Shown: positions 50,833 to 64,000 of the stretch, piece after piece
How the letters are laid out: each line of letters opens with the position of its first letter
Numbering within the stretch: the first letter of the stretch is position 1
Assembly (NCBI GenBank): GCA_951406725.2
Contig: OX597814.1
Span: 140,182,001 to 140,246,000 of the forward strand
Direction of reading: 5' to 3'
Length of the DNA stretch: 64,000 nt
Source: Octopus vulgaris
Lineage: Eukaryota
Made by a program: the position numbers and the translations under genes
Notes under the pieces: model-generated
The model's input: only the letters and a program-made list of their open reading frames with translations
Told to the model about the DNA's origin: nothing
Database searches by the model: none

Positions 50833-52102
50833 TACTATTACTATTACTATTATTATTATTATTATTATTATCATAGTTATTATTATTATTGAGCTGGCAG
50901 AATTGTTAGCAGGCTGGGCAAAATGCTTAGCAGCATTCTCTCTCTCATTACATTCGGGATTCAAATTCTGCCAAAGTTGACTATACCTTTCATCCTTTTA
51001 GGATCAATAAAATAAGTACCAGTTGAGAACTGAGGTTTATGTAATCAACTTATCCCCTCCCCTGAACTTGCTGGCCTTGTGCCAAAATTTGAAACCATTG
51101 TTATTATTGAGAATGAGAGAGCAGTGCAATACCATCAAAGTGACACCAGAGTAAAATATACAAAGCCCAGTAGACCTATCATGACTACCCATCTGATAAG
51201 GGTACACTAGGCATGTGCATCATGACCTTATGTGCACAACATGGTGATCTCATATCAAGATTAACAGTGCATGACCTTGCAGGTGGGGCCCAGTTAGAAT
51301 TTTCTTCAGGTCGAGTAGCCCATCTCTCAAAAGGTCCCTGAATAAGGGTTGTTTAAGGATGTTGAATGAAGCACTCATGTTCCAGAGGTGAATTATCCAA
51401 ACCCCAAAGAATTCCTCTCAACACATGACTATGATGCTCCCCCACTACTTCTGCTCATGATATCATGAACCACAAAGGGACATACTCAACTGGCTACGGT
51501 CAAACAACTGACAAGCAAATCTGTGGTATTGAGCAGAATATTTGCTGTTGCCCATCCTTCTATACCAAGACAAAATCATGTACATGATAACACTTCCAAT
51601 CAGTTAAGATCAGAAACCATGAAAGCCACTGCCTGATACTACATTATTATTATTATTGCAGCAAGCTGGCAGAATCATTAGCATGTCAGACAAAATACTT
51701 AGCAGCATTTCCTCTGGTTCATGTGTTCTGAGTTCAAGTTCTGCTGAGAGGCCAATTTTGCTTTTCATCCTTTTGAGGTCAGTAAAATAAATACCAGTTG
51801 AGCACTGGGTTCAATATAATTGAACAACCTCTCTCCCAAGATTTCAAGCTTGGTGCCTACAGCAGAAATTATTATTATTATTATTAGAGTGTCGAGCTGG
51901 CAGATTCATTAGCACACTGGACAAAATGCTTAGCAGTATTTCACCTGTCTCTATGTTCTGAGTTCAAATTCCACTGAGGTCAACTTTGTCTTTCATCCTT
52001 TCAGAATCAATCAATTAAATAAGTACTAGTTATGCACTGGGGTCGATGTAATCGACTTAATACTTTCCTTCAAATTTCATGCCTTGTACCTACAGTAGAA
52101 AA

Positions 52103-52147
<45 letters not shown>

Positions 52148-52370
52148 CATCATCATCGTTATTATTATACAAGAAATAGTTGAAAGATAAACAAAATGTT
52201 TTGTAGCAAGTTACATCCTTTTACAGCCTGAGTTCAAATTCTTTCCAGGTTGTCTTTGCTATTCCAACATCCAGGGTCTATAAAATAAATACCAGTCAAG
52301 TACTGGAGTTGATTTAATTGACTATTCTTCTTCCCTGAAAGTTATGGCCTTGTACTTACACTAGAAACAA
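50600..52370 (+). mobile_element. Head-to-tail array of five family-C SINEs separated by (TTA)n, with a nested family-D element
   Basis: Units at ~50600, 50890, 51658, 51890 and 52180. Confidence 0.8.
51108..51645 (-). mobile_element. Family-D retroposon, full length
   Basis: Colinear with 42443-42995. Confidence 0.8.
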
Positions 52371-55300
52371 TATTGATAATAAATACAAACAACAATGAGA
52401 TATTGTTTCAGGTATAATCAATACATATATCACTTGATACAAAATGTGTAAGAAATTAGATTAGAGTATTTTAAATGTATAAGCTGACAAATTTACTTGA
52501 GAATTTTTATCTAAAGCCAGCAGCTATTTTCTTTGTATATGATGTTGGATTAATCAGTTTTCAAGCAGTTACTAAAGATGTATTTATTTTCCTCTGTTAA
52601 TCAACAATCAGCTGGAAAAAAGGATGTCGTTCCTTCTAGCCGCAACAAATGAATTGCAAATTGTCTTTCATGGAAACAATGTATCTATGTTTTTTTCCTT
52701 ATGAACTTTTGTATTTAAACTTACTTCAACTACATTGGCTTGCATGTGTTTGTGTGTGTGTGTGTTTTCCTCAGTTTGTTCCAATGATCTAGAAGAATAC
52801 TTATAACCATCTATCAATATAGGTTGGCTGGAGTTTCTAACCTGGCAGCTTTAGAATGCTTAAAAAAATTCTATCAATTTTTAAAGGTCAATAATATACT
52901 ATAACAGATATTTAGCTACACATATGCTCATTTAGAACAATGTATTGATCATTGACTTAAACTTTTGCAGTTTTTCTTTTTTTTTTTTCCATTTTCTTCT
53001 ATCATAAACTGAGACTATAATTACAAATAAAACCCTCTAAATCTCTAAATATATATATATATATCATCAAAATGTATATATATTTCATCCTTTCTCTTTG
53101 CTTTGACTCTTTGTAAAATAAACAAAAATACAAAACATCTATTGAAAGTGTGTGTATGTGTATGAGAGAAAGAGAAATGAGATTGTATACATATTGCTTG
53201 TCAATACTTGTTAGCAATCATACATCTTTCAGTTTATATTATAGGTACATATTTATAACTAGGTGCAGTATGGCCAAATGGTTAAGAAGTTCACTTTACA
53301 ACATGATCCCGAGTTCATAGCATCTTGAGCAAATGTTATTTTTTATAGCCTTCATTCAACCTATACATTGTGAATGAAACTGGGGGCATACATAAAATCC
53401 ATCTGGTGGATATTGCCTGTAATTTACAAACAAGTACAGCTTTGTCACATTGTTTCATGCTGATTCTGTCTGATAGTTATCTTAATAGTAGACATATCTG
53501 TAGAATGCTCAACCACTTACATATTAATTCAGGAATATTTCAGTTTGATCAAACAACTGAATCCTCATTGGTGAATGATAGAAATATATGATATCATACA
53601 TGTTTATATATTTCATAATTTGTCCAGAGTTATTGCAGGACTGCTTCAAGGTTAGGTTCTTTATTTCATTAAAATTGAAATTTTGGAGTTGTCTTCTCCT
53701 GTCTTTACTACTACTATCATTATTATTATTGTTGTTATTGTGTGTATGTGTTTTTGTATATGTGTATGCATAATAACCCACAAATAAAGAATATTCATCC
53801 ACTGAATGCAGTGTTGAACATTCATTCTTACTGTTCAGTACTATCGCGTGTGTGTGTTTGCAGAGGAACCAGAATTAGTAATTTAGAAAATTATTATTTT
53901 CGTCATTAAGGGTGGTGTTACGTTAATTGAAAAATGCTTTTTAGCACCAACATCATGTACCCACTTTATTTGTTATTAGTAGACTTGAGTATAATTCAGA
54001 AAAATAATCATAAAATTAACTGAATATTGTATTCACAAAAAAGGCTGCTATTGTTTGAAATAAAATGAAGTCACTACTCTGTAGCAACTACAATAAAATG
54101 GGTATTGTTCCTTAAATAATATCTAAGTTTATTTCCATAATAATAAATTTATCTCCATAATTTCAATGATTATAACAAAAATAATTTTTTCTTTTAATAT
54201 CTTGTAAATACAGAATTTTTATATTTCTGAGTCAGGAAATTTTATATGAATTTAAGTTTAGGTGGAATTGACTAAAAGAAGGTCCAAGAATACAATTAAA
54301 TCATAGATTTGTGTTTAATTGTTTCTTTCCAGTAACTTCTTTGCCATTTCGTTTCCTTTTTACATCACCAATTCTAGAAAGTTCCTTATTATACTTTTCT
54401 ATATAAAGTATCTCCACTTGCCTCTTTTCTTAAATTGATTTTTTTTTTCATCTGAACTAATTTTGCCAATTTATTAGCACTCAGTGAGCATGCAGATTTC
54501 TTTCTTAGAATCCACCACATATTATAATCTATGCATGCAAGCAAGACACTCAATGCATGCTTTCTGCAAACTATTTGTAACATATAAAATATTAAAAAAT
54601 ATCTATTGTTTTATGAAATGGCATTGGTGGGAGAGTAATCAGCTAAATTGAAGAATCATCAACTTGTTTTAATGTGAAACTATTGTCTATTATTTGAAAT
54701 GTGTGATATGAAATGTTGTTGATGATGATGGTGTATTGTTTATGATGCTGATATTGCTCTTGTCTTTGTCTGAAGTTCTTCAATGTTAGATATTTTTCAA
54801 ACTTTATTATTATTATTTTCTTAATTATTAATATTCAAATGATTTCAATGCATAATTTATGTAAAAAAAAATATATATTTCCTGCATGTGACTATGTAAC
54901 AATTTAATGCAAGTATTACATTATACAAGGTAATATATTTCTATTTCAAAACTTGATGATAATAATTAAATAGTTTTGCTCGCATTCTAGAATGTTGAGT
55001 GAATCTTTAAAACTAATTCAACATAATCCTCTTAAAACATCCAACTAATATGTTCTTTACATGCCATTCGCTAATAATTCCTTGTTTCTCATGATCGTTC
55101 TCTCTTATCTTTACCTAAATACTCTCATCAGTTTTAGCTGTTTTCAGTGTCTGCATTTATTTATTTATTTATCTTTTCACATTTTGATCTATTACTACTG
55201 TCCCTTGAAATGATTCTTCATGCTACATCATTTTATCACCATGAATGAGGATACACTACTCTACAATGTACACTACTGTCAATAGAATATAGTTTGCAGT

Positions 55301-55917
55301 AAACTACACTGCAATATTATATCGTTATATTGTATCCATTCTTAATGGCTGAGGTTTCATTCTCTCCTGTACTTTAACAGTTTTTAGCAATGTTCAGCAA
55401 AGCTTAAATAGGTGTTCTTCTATTTAGATTTTAATAAAACTAGGTCCATCTCAAAGCATCAAGAAGAATGAATTAGTTGAATTTGTTCTTTTAGCAGAAA
55501 TAATTAAATGAAATTCTCCATGGACTTTGAAATTAGTTATTAATAAGTATTACAAGATTTATTGTTTATACCAATATTATTAATTTATGTCATAAAAATT
55601 CAGAATCTTTGAGAGATGTGAAATTATTTGTAGATAAACCTATGAATAATAGTATTTGAATTTTGGGCTAAAAATCCCTTTGGACAGGAAAAGTCAAAAG
55701 CAGTGAGCTGGCAGTATCATTAGTGTTGGGAAAATACTTTGCGGTATTTCTACTAGCTCTTTACATTCTTTGTAAAATTCTACTCAAGGTCAATTTTGCC
55801 TTTCATCTTTTCGGGCTTGATAAAATAAGTATCAGTTGAGCATTGAGGTTGTTGTAATTAATGAACCACCTCACCCTAAAATAGCTGGCTTTGTGCCAAA
55901 ATTCAAAACCATTATAT

Positions 55918-56290
55918 TTAGCACCATTCAAGCATGGTTGATGCCAGTGCCATCAGACTGGCTTCCATGCTGGTAGTACATAAAAAGCACCATACGAGCA
56001 TGGTCAATACTAGTGGCATGTAAAAAGCACCATTCAAGCATGGCTGATGCCAGTGCTTCCTGATTAGCTCCCATGTCAGTGGCACATAAAAAGCACCATC
56101 CAAGTGTGTTCAATGCCAGTGCTGCCTGACTGGCCCCATGCCAGTGGCAAGTGAAAAGCACCTACTGCAATCTTGGAGTGGTTCGCATTAGGAAGGGCAT
56201 CCAGCCTTAGAAACCTTGCCAGATCAGATTGGAGACTGGAGCAGACTCCTGGCTTGCCAGTCCTCAAAATGTCCAACCCATGCCAACAAC
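55918..56290 (+). mobile_element. RTE-LINE 3'UTR with ~4 tandem units
   Basis: (AAAAA)GCACC unit boundaries at ~55920, 55982, 56022, 56087 and 56154, then GGAAGGGCATCCAGCC...GTCCAACCCATGCCA. Confidence 0.75.
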
Positions 56291-57594
56291 AGTTTTGGCA
56301 TGGTTATGAAACATTAAATTTATAAAAGAAATGAGAATTTGTTATGTTAATGATTTTTATAAGACACTAGTAAAGTAAGTGAAGTATTTCTAAGTTTGAA
56401 GCAAAACCAAGACAGTCATAACTTGCAGTAGGCGTGATAAGTAATTGTAATTAAGATTATCTTTTTAATGAAGTCTTCATTATAAGAAACTGCCATTCTA
56501 CCAACAAGGTAACAACAGAATAGTTTTCTCTTTAATTTAATGATACTAACCGCATCTTTGGACAAAAAAATGTATTTTTGTTACACTTAAGTATATATTC
56601 TCATAGTAGTGGAAATAAAAGAAGTGATTTTATTTACTATATCAAATGAAATAAAACTCTTGTGAGTCAATATTCCATGGTTCTGTAGCCAATAAATGTC
56701 TAAAACTGTTGTAAAATAATATTCGTGAATTACTAACTCAACTCATATTAACATGCTACTAAGACTAATTGATTCCATACTACACATATCTGAAAATAGT
56801 GATTTTAAACACAAAATTAATTGTGATGGCAAGAGAATAATTAATTTTGATAATGTTTAATCAATGAAGAATTGAAACCAAATGTCATTGTAGATTCTAA
56901 CTGAAAGACGTCAGCAATATGTTTTATTAATATTTTTGACTCATTTACATATCATCATGAATTTAAACTGCAATGAAAAATTCAGACATCTTTAATACTC
57001 TTTTGATATTAGCTGCTTGCTTACTATATACTGGAATTGCTATGCAGGGCAAATAGAGTAATGTGTCTTGTTCAACATGCAAGCTGTATGATTTTAGTTT
57101 AGTGTCTCAATTTTTCCACTACAACATATCTAAAAACTAAATTGTATGTTATTTGCCTTAAATAAGATATTTTATTCCAACTTAGCCAGTCATGTGCAAC
57201 TACACTTACAGTTGGTAGTTCTGAGCTGGCTGAGTTGTTAGCACACTAGGCAAAATGCTTAGTTTAAATTCTGAGTTCAAATTCTGCTGAGGTCAACTTT
57301 ACTTTTCATCTTTTCAGGGTCAGTAAAATAAGTGCCAGCTAAGCATTGAGGAAGATATTATCAACTTACCTCCTCCCTTAAAATTGCTGACTAGGTGCCA
57401 AATTTTTATCATCATCATCATATTTTAATTCTCAGAGTTCTCAATCTTACTTACTCTAGTTGATTCTGTGAGAGTGAAGAGCAACCTGTTGTCAAAGGTC
57501 TCACAGGTTCTCTTTCCACAAACTATAAGCTTTGTTACCTCGATGTTAACTTGTCGTGGAAGACACTCAACACCCATTGTTGTTCTTATTATTA

Positions 57595-58020
57595 TTGAGT
57601 GAGAGAGCAATGCATGGCATCAAAGTGACACTAGGGTAAAATATACGAAGCCCAGTATACTCTACCTGTCTGATAAGGGTACACCAGACACATGCAGCAC
57701 AACCATATGTGTGCGACACGGTGATCTCATATCAAGATAAACAGCACATGACCTTGCAGGTGGGGCCCAGTTAGAATTTTCTTCAAGTCAAGTAGCCTAT
57801 TCCATTCAAAAGGTCCCTGAATAAGGGTTGTTTAAGGATGTTGAATGAAACACCCATGTTTCCAGAGGTGAATTATTCAAACCCTGAAGAATTCCTCTCA
57901 ACACATAGCTATGATGCTCCCCCACTATTTCTGCTCATGATCAGAGATGCACATATCATCAGCCACCAAGGGACATACTGAACTGGATAAGGTCAAACAA
58001 GTGACAAACAAATCTGTGGT
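57595..58020 (-). mobile_element. Family-D retroposon, 5'-truncated
   Basis: Matches the other D copies; follows a family-C SINE (57222-57400, +). Confidence 0.8.
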
Positions 58021-58324
58021 TATTGTCATTATTATTCCAAGCCAAATTATTGAAAATTTTATCAACATAGAATCCATGATTAGGCATATATTACTCCAGT
58101 TTGATCATTTAGTGTGTGACTAAAGAGAAACTCCCCCCTATGTTGTATGACTCTAATCTCTCATTACTGTCAGTCTGTATGCTGAAGGTTTTTAGCATAC
58201 TTCATTCTCTATAAGGAATTGGTATTGAAAATAAATAAAGTAATCAATAACATTAAGTTTCACCATATTCCACTCTCACTAAACAAAACACATTGCAAAA
58301 CATGTTAGATCACATTATAATTAT

Positions 58325-58533
58325 TTCAGATTTTTGCCACAGGGGCAACTTGTGGGGGGGAGATGAGTCGATTACATTGACCCCTGTGTTCAACTGGTAC
58401 TTATTTTATCAACCCCCAAAAGATGAAAGGCAAAGTCAAGCCTGGCAGAATTTGAACTCAGAACATAACAACAGGTGAAATACCGCTAATCATTTCGTCC
58501 AGTGTGCTAAGAATTCTGTCAGCTCACCGCCTT
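58325..58533 (-). mobile_element. Family-C SINE
   Basis: GAAAGGCAAAGTCAAGCCTGGCAGAATTTGAACTCAGAAC...TTCTGTCAGCTCACCGCC on the plus strand. Confidence 0.8.
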
Positions 58534-60150
58534 ACTAGATTATATAATAATGTTCAACAAAACGTCATTTGTACTAATACTAACTACTACTACTACTGCT
58601 GCTATTGTTACTGCTACTAATACTCCTACAGCTCTTATATGCTTTTGGTATTTTTCTTTCTAAATGTTAACAGTATCATGCACTAATTTGTAAAATGCAT
58701 AGGAATGGGAATTTTATAAAACATGCTATTTAAGCAAGAGTAAATTACTTATGAGTTTAGAGATTTATTATATGAGAGTTTGTGTTACTATATTATTAAC
58801 ATAATTTTTTTTAATTATTAAAAATGTGAGGTAATGGATATCTTTATAGTTATTACTTAAATCTATTATAAGTGTGAGTAATTTGTACAATATATGTGTG
58901 TTTATGTGCGTGTGCACTATATATATATGGTATTTCTTGTGTGTACAGATAGATGTATGACTGCTACAAGTGAATTTAGAGCTTCACATAGAGTTCCATT
59001 ACCTACTCTTCCTTACTTAACAGAATTATCAGTTACAATATACAGACCAAATCATACTTTTACTTTTATATATATAGAATATATATACATATATATGAGA
59101 TACAACAGCTTCTATTTTATGCACATATAGATTTTAAAAAATAACTTCAGACCAGTTTCACATTGGTTTGATAATATTTTCTATCAGTTTCTCAGCTTCA
59201 GAGTAGAGGCAGAAGATGCATCAGAACTTCTTTTTCTTAATGAAGTAGTAAGAGAGTTTATCAGAACTTTTTAACTCTTCTATAAAAATCATCAGGGTTG
59301 GTTATAGGGGCTTTATTTTGCTAATATATCATTTTTTTGTAGTTCTGGAGGAGATTTCACTATTTACTCATAAGAGTTTCAATCTCAAGTGTTAGGTGAG
59401 AGAACATTAGTGTGTTACCCTCGTCATTGACTATATGTTTTAGTTTATGAAGATTTTATGGTAAGATCAGGGCCATCATAACAGCATTACAAACTTCTGG
59501 GCAAAGCAATTCAATATGGCCCCTCTACACACAACCTTGGTGTGCATAGATTAGCATGAGTTCCCTAGATCTGTGATCTCCTGAGCAATGGCTCAATTTG
59601 CCCTTACCTTGAGATACCAGTAAGATGAGAAGAAAGAAGACTTTCAGGATACCTAAACAACTCACCTACCAAGATGGGTATGAGATGTTTTGGCACAGCT
59701 ATTTTGGTGCCACCTATTTGGCATTCCTGATTCAATGCCTACATATTTGGCATCAGGCATTTAATGTTTCTCTTGTCTTAATATTCTTCTTTTCTTTCTT
59801 TCAACATATTTTTCTTTGTGCATGGAGAGGGAGAAAAGTGTTTATGTCAATTATATTCAATTAATAAATTGTAATCTTTCTCTCCCTCTCTCTCTCACAC
59901 TCTTTTAAACTGTATGTGTATATTTCTGCACATGTTTGCCTCCAGCACCAATAAAGTACTGTCACCAAAATAAGCCAAATGTTCAGTCGAGCATACCAAA
60001 TGATAAGTGTCCAAACAGCTGCACCCACCCAATCACTTCATTCCATACTAAGATATACATACATATCAACCATCACATAGAACTAGTTCACATCTATATC
60101 TCTCTAAAGAGAGTGACAAAAAATATGCGTATTTTTTAATGGTGTCAAAT

Positions 60151-60183
<33 letters not shown>

Positions 60184-61120
60184 TAATGAGCTTGTTATAA
60201 ACCATACTCAGGTGAAAGGGGTAAGAGAGGGAACAGAAAGCAGCAATTAGTCAAGTAAAGAAAGACAGCAGTGAAATATAAAAGTGCATCCACAGTACAT
60301 AGAATAAAACATGAAAAGACAGAAAAGTGAATGATGTAATTTTTAAGTAACATTCTTGCTTTTGATAAAAATATAGTGTTTGAAATTAACATATGATCTC
60401 CCACTTTCTTTTATGTACAAGTTCTATGTTAAGGATACACACATTTATAGCTTATTACATATTTCCTTTGATGTTACACATCAAAAATAAGCTACAACTT
60501 GTACATAACCAGTATTTTACAAAGGAATTAGGTCACTAGTTGGGAACTGTGATTCATTTTAGAATTACCAGAATGTGAATGTTTGAATGTATTTATGACC
60601 TGTCGCAGGCCTAATCCATCAAACCTTATACAAGATGGTATAATTATACTAGACTTTTTCTGCAGTTCATCTGCTTCGGTGTGATGTTTGAATTCCAATA
60701 AAAAAAACTGAAAAAAGTTAATGAAACACTAACTCTTTTATACTTAGGCAAATCATACAAAAACTTATATAATTATCTACATAACCATTCTATCTTACTT
60801 TTTAAGTAACAACAGTTTAGATTGATAGTTTTTGAAAGAAACGTATTGAATGGGAACCATCATCCTTTCTTATTTCTCTAAGAATCATTTTACATGCTGT
60901 GGTCAATAATCGTTAATTTTCTATCATCTCAACAACACATTAATCATATCATCATGATAGATGATTGGTTTCCATTCCTTTATCAGACTTCTTGTTTCTT
61001 TTTTTTTTTCTAATCACTTTCCAAACAGAAGTTGATAATTCTTTTTAAATTTCAGTCAGTTAATTCACTTCACTTTCTTATTTTCTGTCCTTCACTACCT
61101 CCATTATTTCTGGATATAAG

Positions 61121-61156
61121 GCGCAAATCCAGCATAGCCAGCATTGGTGCCTCCTT
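61121..61156 (+). CDS. Candidate 36-nt symmetric cassette exon: (R)RKSSIASIGAS(L/F) in phase 2-2
   Basis: First AG after a ~60-nt AG-free pyrimidine tract (61060-61118); perfect GTAAGT donor at 61157; GC-rich island; encodes an RRKS/RKSS basophilic kinase motif. Confidence 0.6.
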
Positions 61157-62898
61157 GTAAGTACCATCTCTATCACTTGTCTTTCCAAAACCCTTCATCC
61201 TCCCAACTCTTTTCTCTTTTTTTTTCTTTTTGTTTCTGTTTTCTAAGTCATGTATCCCTATGAAAATATACCCCTTGATGTCTTATATCTGTTTGTTTGG
61301 AATTTTGCAAGTTTCATTCCATTCTCTGTGTTTTAGAGTGTATTTTAAGTAATTTTGGCATCTAAGTGTGTGTGTGTGTGTGTGTATGTGTGCATGTGTG
61401 TGTGTGTGTTTGCATGTGTGTGTGTACTGGTACATACACACACTCAGAAATCAAAATTAATAGTGGTTAGTCAAGTAAACATGTGTATGTCTTTGCTTGC
61501 ATATAAAATTAGATCTAGCTTCTCTTTTTCTTTTTTTGTGTGTGGGTGTGTGTGCATTTATATTACAATTTACTTCAGTAATTGTTCAATATTCTTGTTC
61601 TAATTCTATAGAGTTCATAAACTGCCCAACTCTCATCCATGTCTTCCTAACATCGTATCATGGTTTCTCCTCCTTATTACATATCAATTGATTAATTGTT
61701 ACCTGACTATTTCTCTCAAAATCCAATTATTGCCTGTGAAGTTCAAAACTAATCAAGCATCTTTCCTCTTGTTTCTTATTTTATATCAACCTAAATCCTG
61801 TTGACATCATGAATTCCTTTTTTTTTTTTCTTTTCACAAACATCTTGCTCCACAGTTCCATTTATTCATACTATTAAGTTTGTACCTACTACCAGTCATA
61901 TCACACTGTGTTATGCTGATTCCATCTGTAAATTACATTAATAGTACATGTGTCTGTAGGAATTTTAACTGCATACATGTTGATGCAGTGAGCCTAGTGG
62001 TTCACTTGATCTAACAACTGAAATTCGTGGCTGGAAATCCTGACGTGAGACCCATTACAATGAGACATTATAATGATAATTTAAGTAACCCTTTTAATAC
62101 ATCTGAGACCCAAGACGATCTTTAGTAATATGATATATATAGGTGTGTGTGTATATACATATATATCTAAATTAAAACTTATTTTGATAATTAGTGTAAG
62201 AGCTCTTTGGTAAGATAATGTTCTGAACACCAGTTTGATATAAAAAGAAATAAAACAGCTAATTGCAGTATGGAAAATTCATGTTAGCCATATTACAAAC
62301 AATAAATGTTTAAGTTAACAGCTATTGTATGTTTCTGAACAGCTAACATTTGATCATTTTAGCTTCAACACACTGTTTCAGACCAAAACACACTCCGTGC
62401 AAGGACATCTCTGTAACAGTTAATTATTTGACTAAATCTCTCCATTATTTTTATTGTTTTCAAAACAAATTGAAACATTTTTATTAAAAATATGATCATG
62501 AAAGTGTTAAAACACTTTCTGCAATAGCGAAAGTTACTTCTCCAGAGTTGTTTATAGCTGAATATTATTGGTTGAAAATAAAGTTACAATAATGTCTAGT
62601 ACCATCTCATCTCCATCCCCTTATCCAAAGCATTCCAGCTTTAGCCTCACAAATTAAATAGGAATGGTTTTTCAGATCTTTTATGTAAACAATAACCTTC
62701 CCGCTTCTAATGAATATGAGTGATAACATCTAAGCCTTTTTAAGCCTAATTTTCTATATTTATAATTTCACTGAAACTTCTTTGTAGATGGATTGATGTG
62801 TGTGCCCCAGTATGGCCACAGTCTAATGACTGAAGCAAGTAAAAGATAAAAGCTATTTGTATATATACACACACACATACATTTGTAACATTTGTATG

Positions 62899-62943
<45 letters not shown>

Positions 62944-64000
62944 TTGTATATATGTATGTGTGTGATGATGATGATATGTATATATATTTGTATGTATGCA
63001 TATATGTGTATGTATGTATGAACACTAAATTCAGATATGATACATTGAAATGGATTTGCACTGAATGATCTCTGCATAACATTTACTTTATTTACCATGG
63101 GAAAATGGTAAATGTTTCTTTAGTGAAAACAAAACTAATTTATGATCACTTATTTTTAGTCAAGTATTACGAGATCTGTAGGATATTTTTACAGTTTGAT
63201 CTTGATTTGAAGCTACTGTTCACAGCATTAAAGAATATATTATTCTCCTAATCTTATTATCTTCATTATTTCATCATTGTTTGAGAAAACATGGTTGTTT
63301 GTTTTTTTATGTCCATAATTTATTTTTCATAAAACAATACATTAATACTCCCATGACATTAGTATAGGAATAATTTTCATCTCCAACTTGTTCCTACTAG
63401 TTTCACTGGTGTGTGTATTTTCTTTTTATTCCATTTCCATTTGATTTATAAAATAGTTATTTTAATTGTCACTAAATTACCATAACCCATTGAAATTACG
63501 AAAACTTTCTTATCACAGAGACTTCATCCTTTGGACACTCTGTTAGAGTGTTAAGTCAAATTCGACCCTTTTCTTTCTTTCTTTCTTTCTTCTTATACTC
63601 TTTTAATATCTGGTTATCTTAAATTTGATATAAACAACAACTTCCTGAAATATTGTTGAACATTTATAGAACACTAAAATAAAGGGAAAGTAATTTGTAG
63701 AAACTATGTATCTTAGATTTACAGTCTGATTTGTATATCCTTAAAAAAGCATTTCCAAAACCTCAAGCATGATATATTGGGTTATTTGTGTGCGCAAGTT
63801 CATTTATCCAGATTACAGCACATACTAGGCTAAAGTGTTACCTGGGAGTTTGAAAATCATTAGGGCACAAACGAAATTGTTAAATTCAAGATTTATGAGG
63901 TCTGATCAAAAAAATATCGGGATTGTTATTATGGTAATGGAGCTAAAGTATGCAGAATGAAGCTGCTTGGCACAGATTGACCTTGAACTCTGTCATGCAT

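Noticed and set aside
52612-52680. 69-nt phase-0 exon candidate (LEKRMSFLLAATNELQIVFHGNN)
   Set aside because: Weak donor (AAT|GTATCT), modest pyrimidine tract, and phase inconsistent with the better candidates.

Overview
AT-rich, microsatellite- and retroposon-dense eukaryotic DNA. The repeat repertoire (tRNA-derived SINEs, RTE and R4/Dong LINE relics, mollusc-type 5S) points to an octopod cephalopod; this is inferred from repeat families, not from a search. No complete protein-coding gene is present, and nearly all long ORFs in the track are translated (TA)n/(TG)n/(TAA)n repeats. Best-supported features: a full-length but CpG-decayed 5S rRNA copy (5510-5628, -); a D34D mariner transposase relic (9035-9360, -); RTE, R4/Dong and L2-like LINE fragments; several SINE families; and two long palindromes. 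The window most likely lies inside a large + strand gene. Three short frame-preserving phase-2 cassette exon candidates (11665-11745, 32958-33008, 61121-61156) and several strong acceptors (one after a ~207-nt AG-free zone) sit in SINE-poor, pyrimidine-rich islands; the host gene could not be identified. Other observations: recurrent nested stacks in which TAA-targeting elements sit antisense in the (TTA)n tails of one SINE family; a terminator-less 5S directly upstream of a SINE head; and a degenerate Penelope-type minimal hammerhead. Repeat boundaries are approximate (read by eye).
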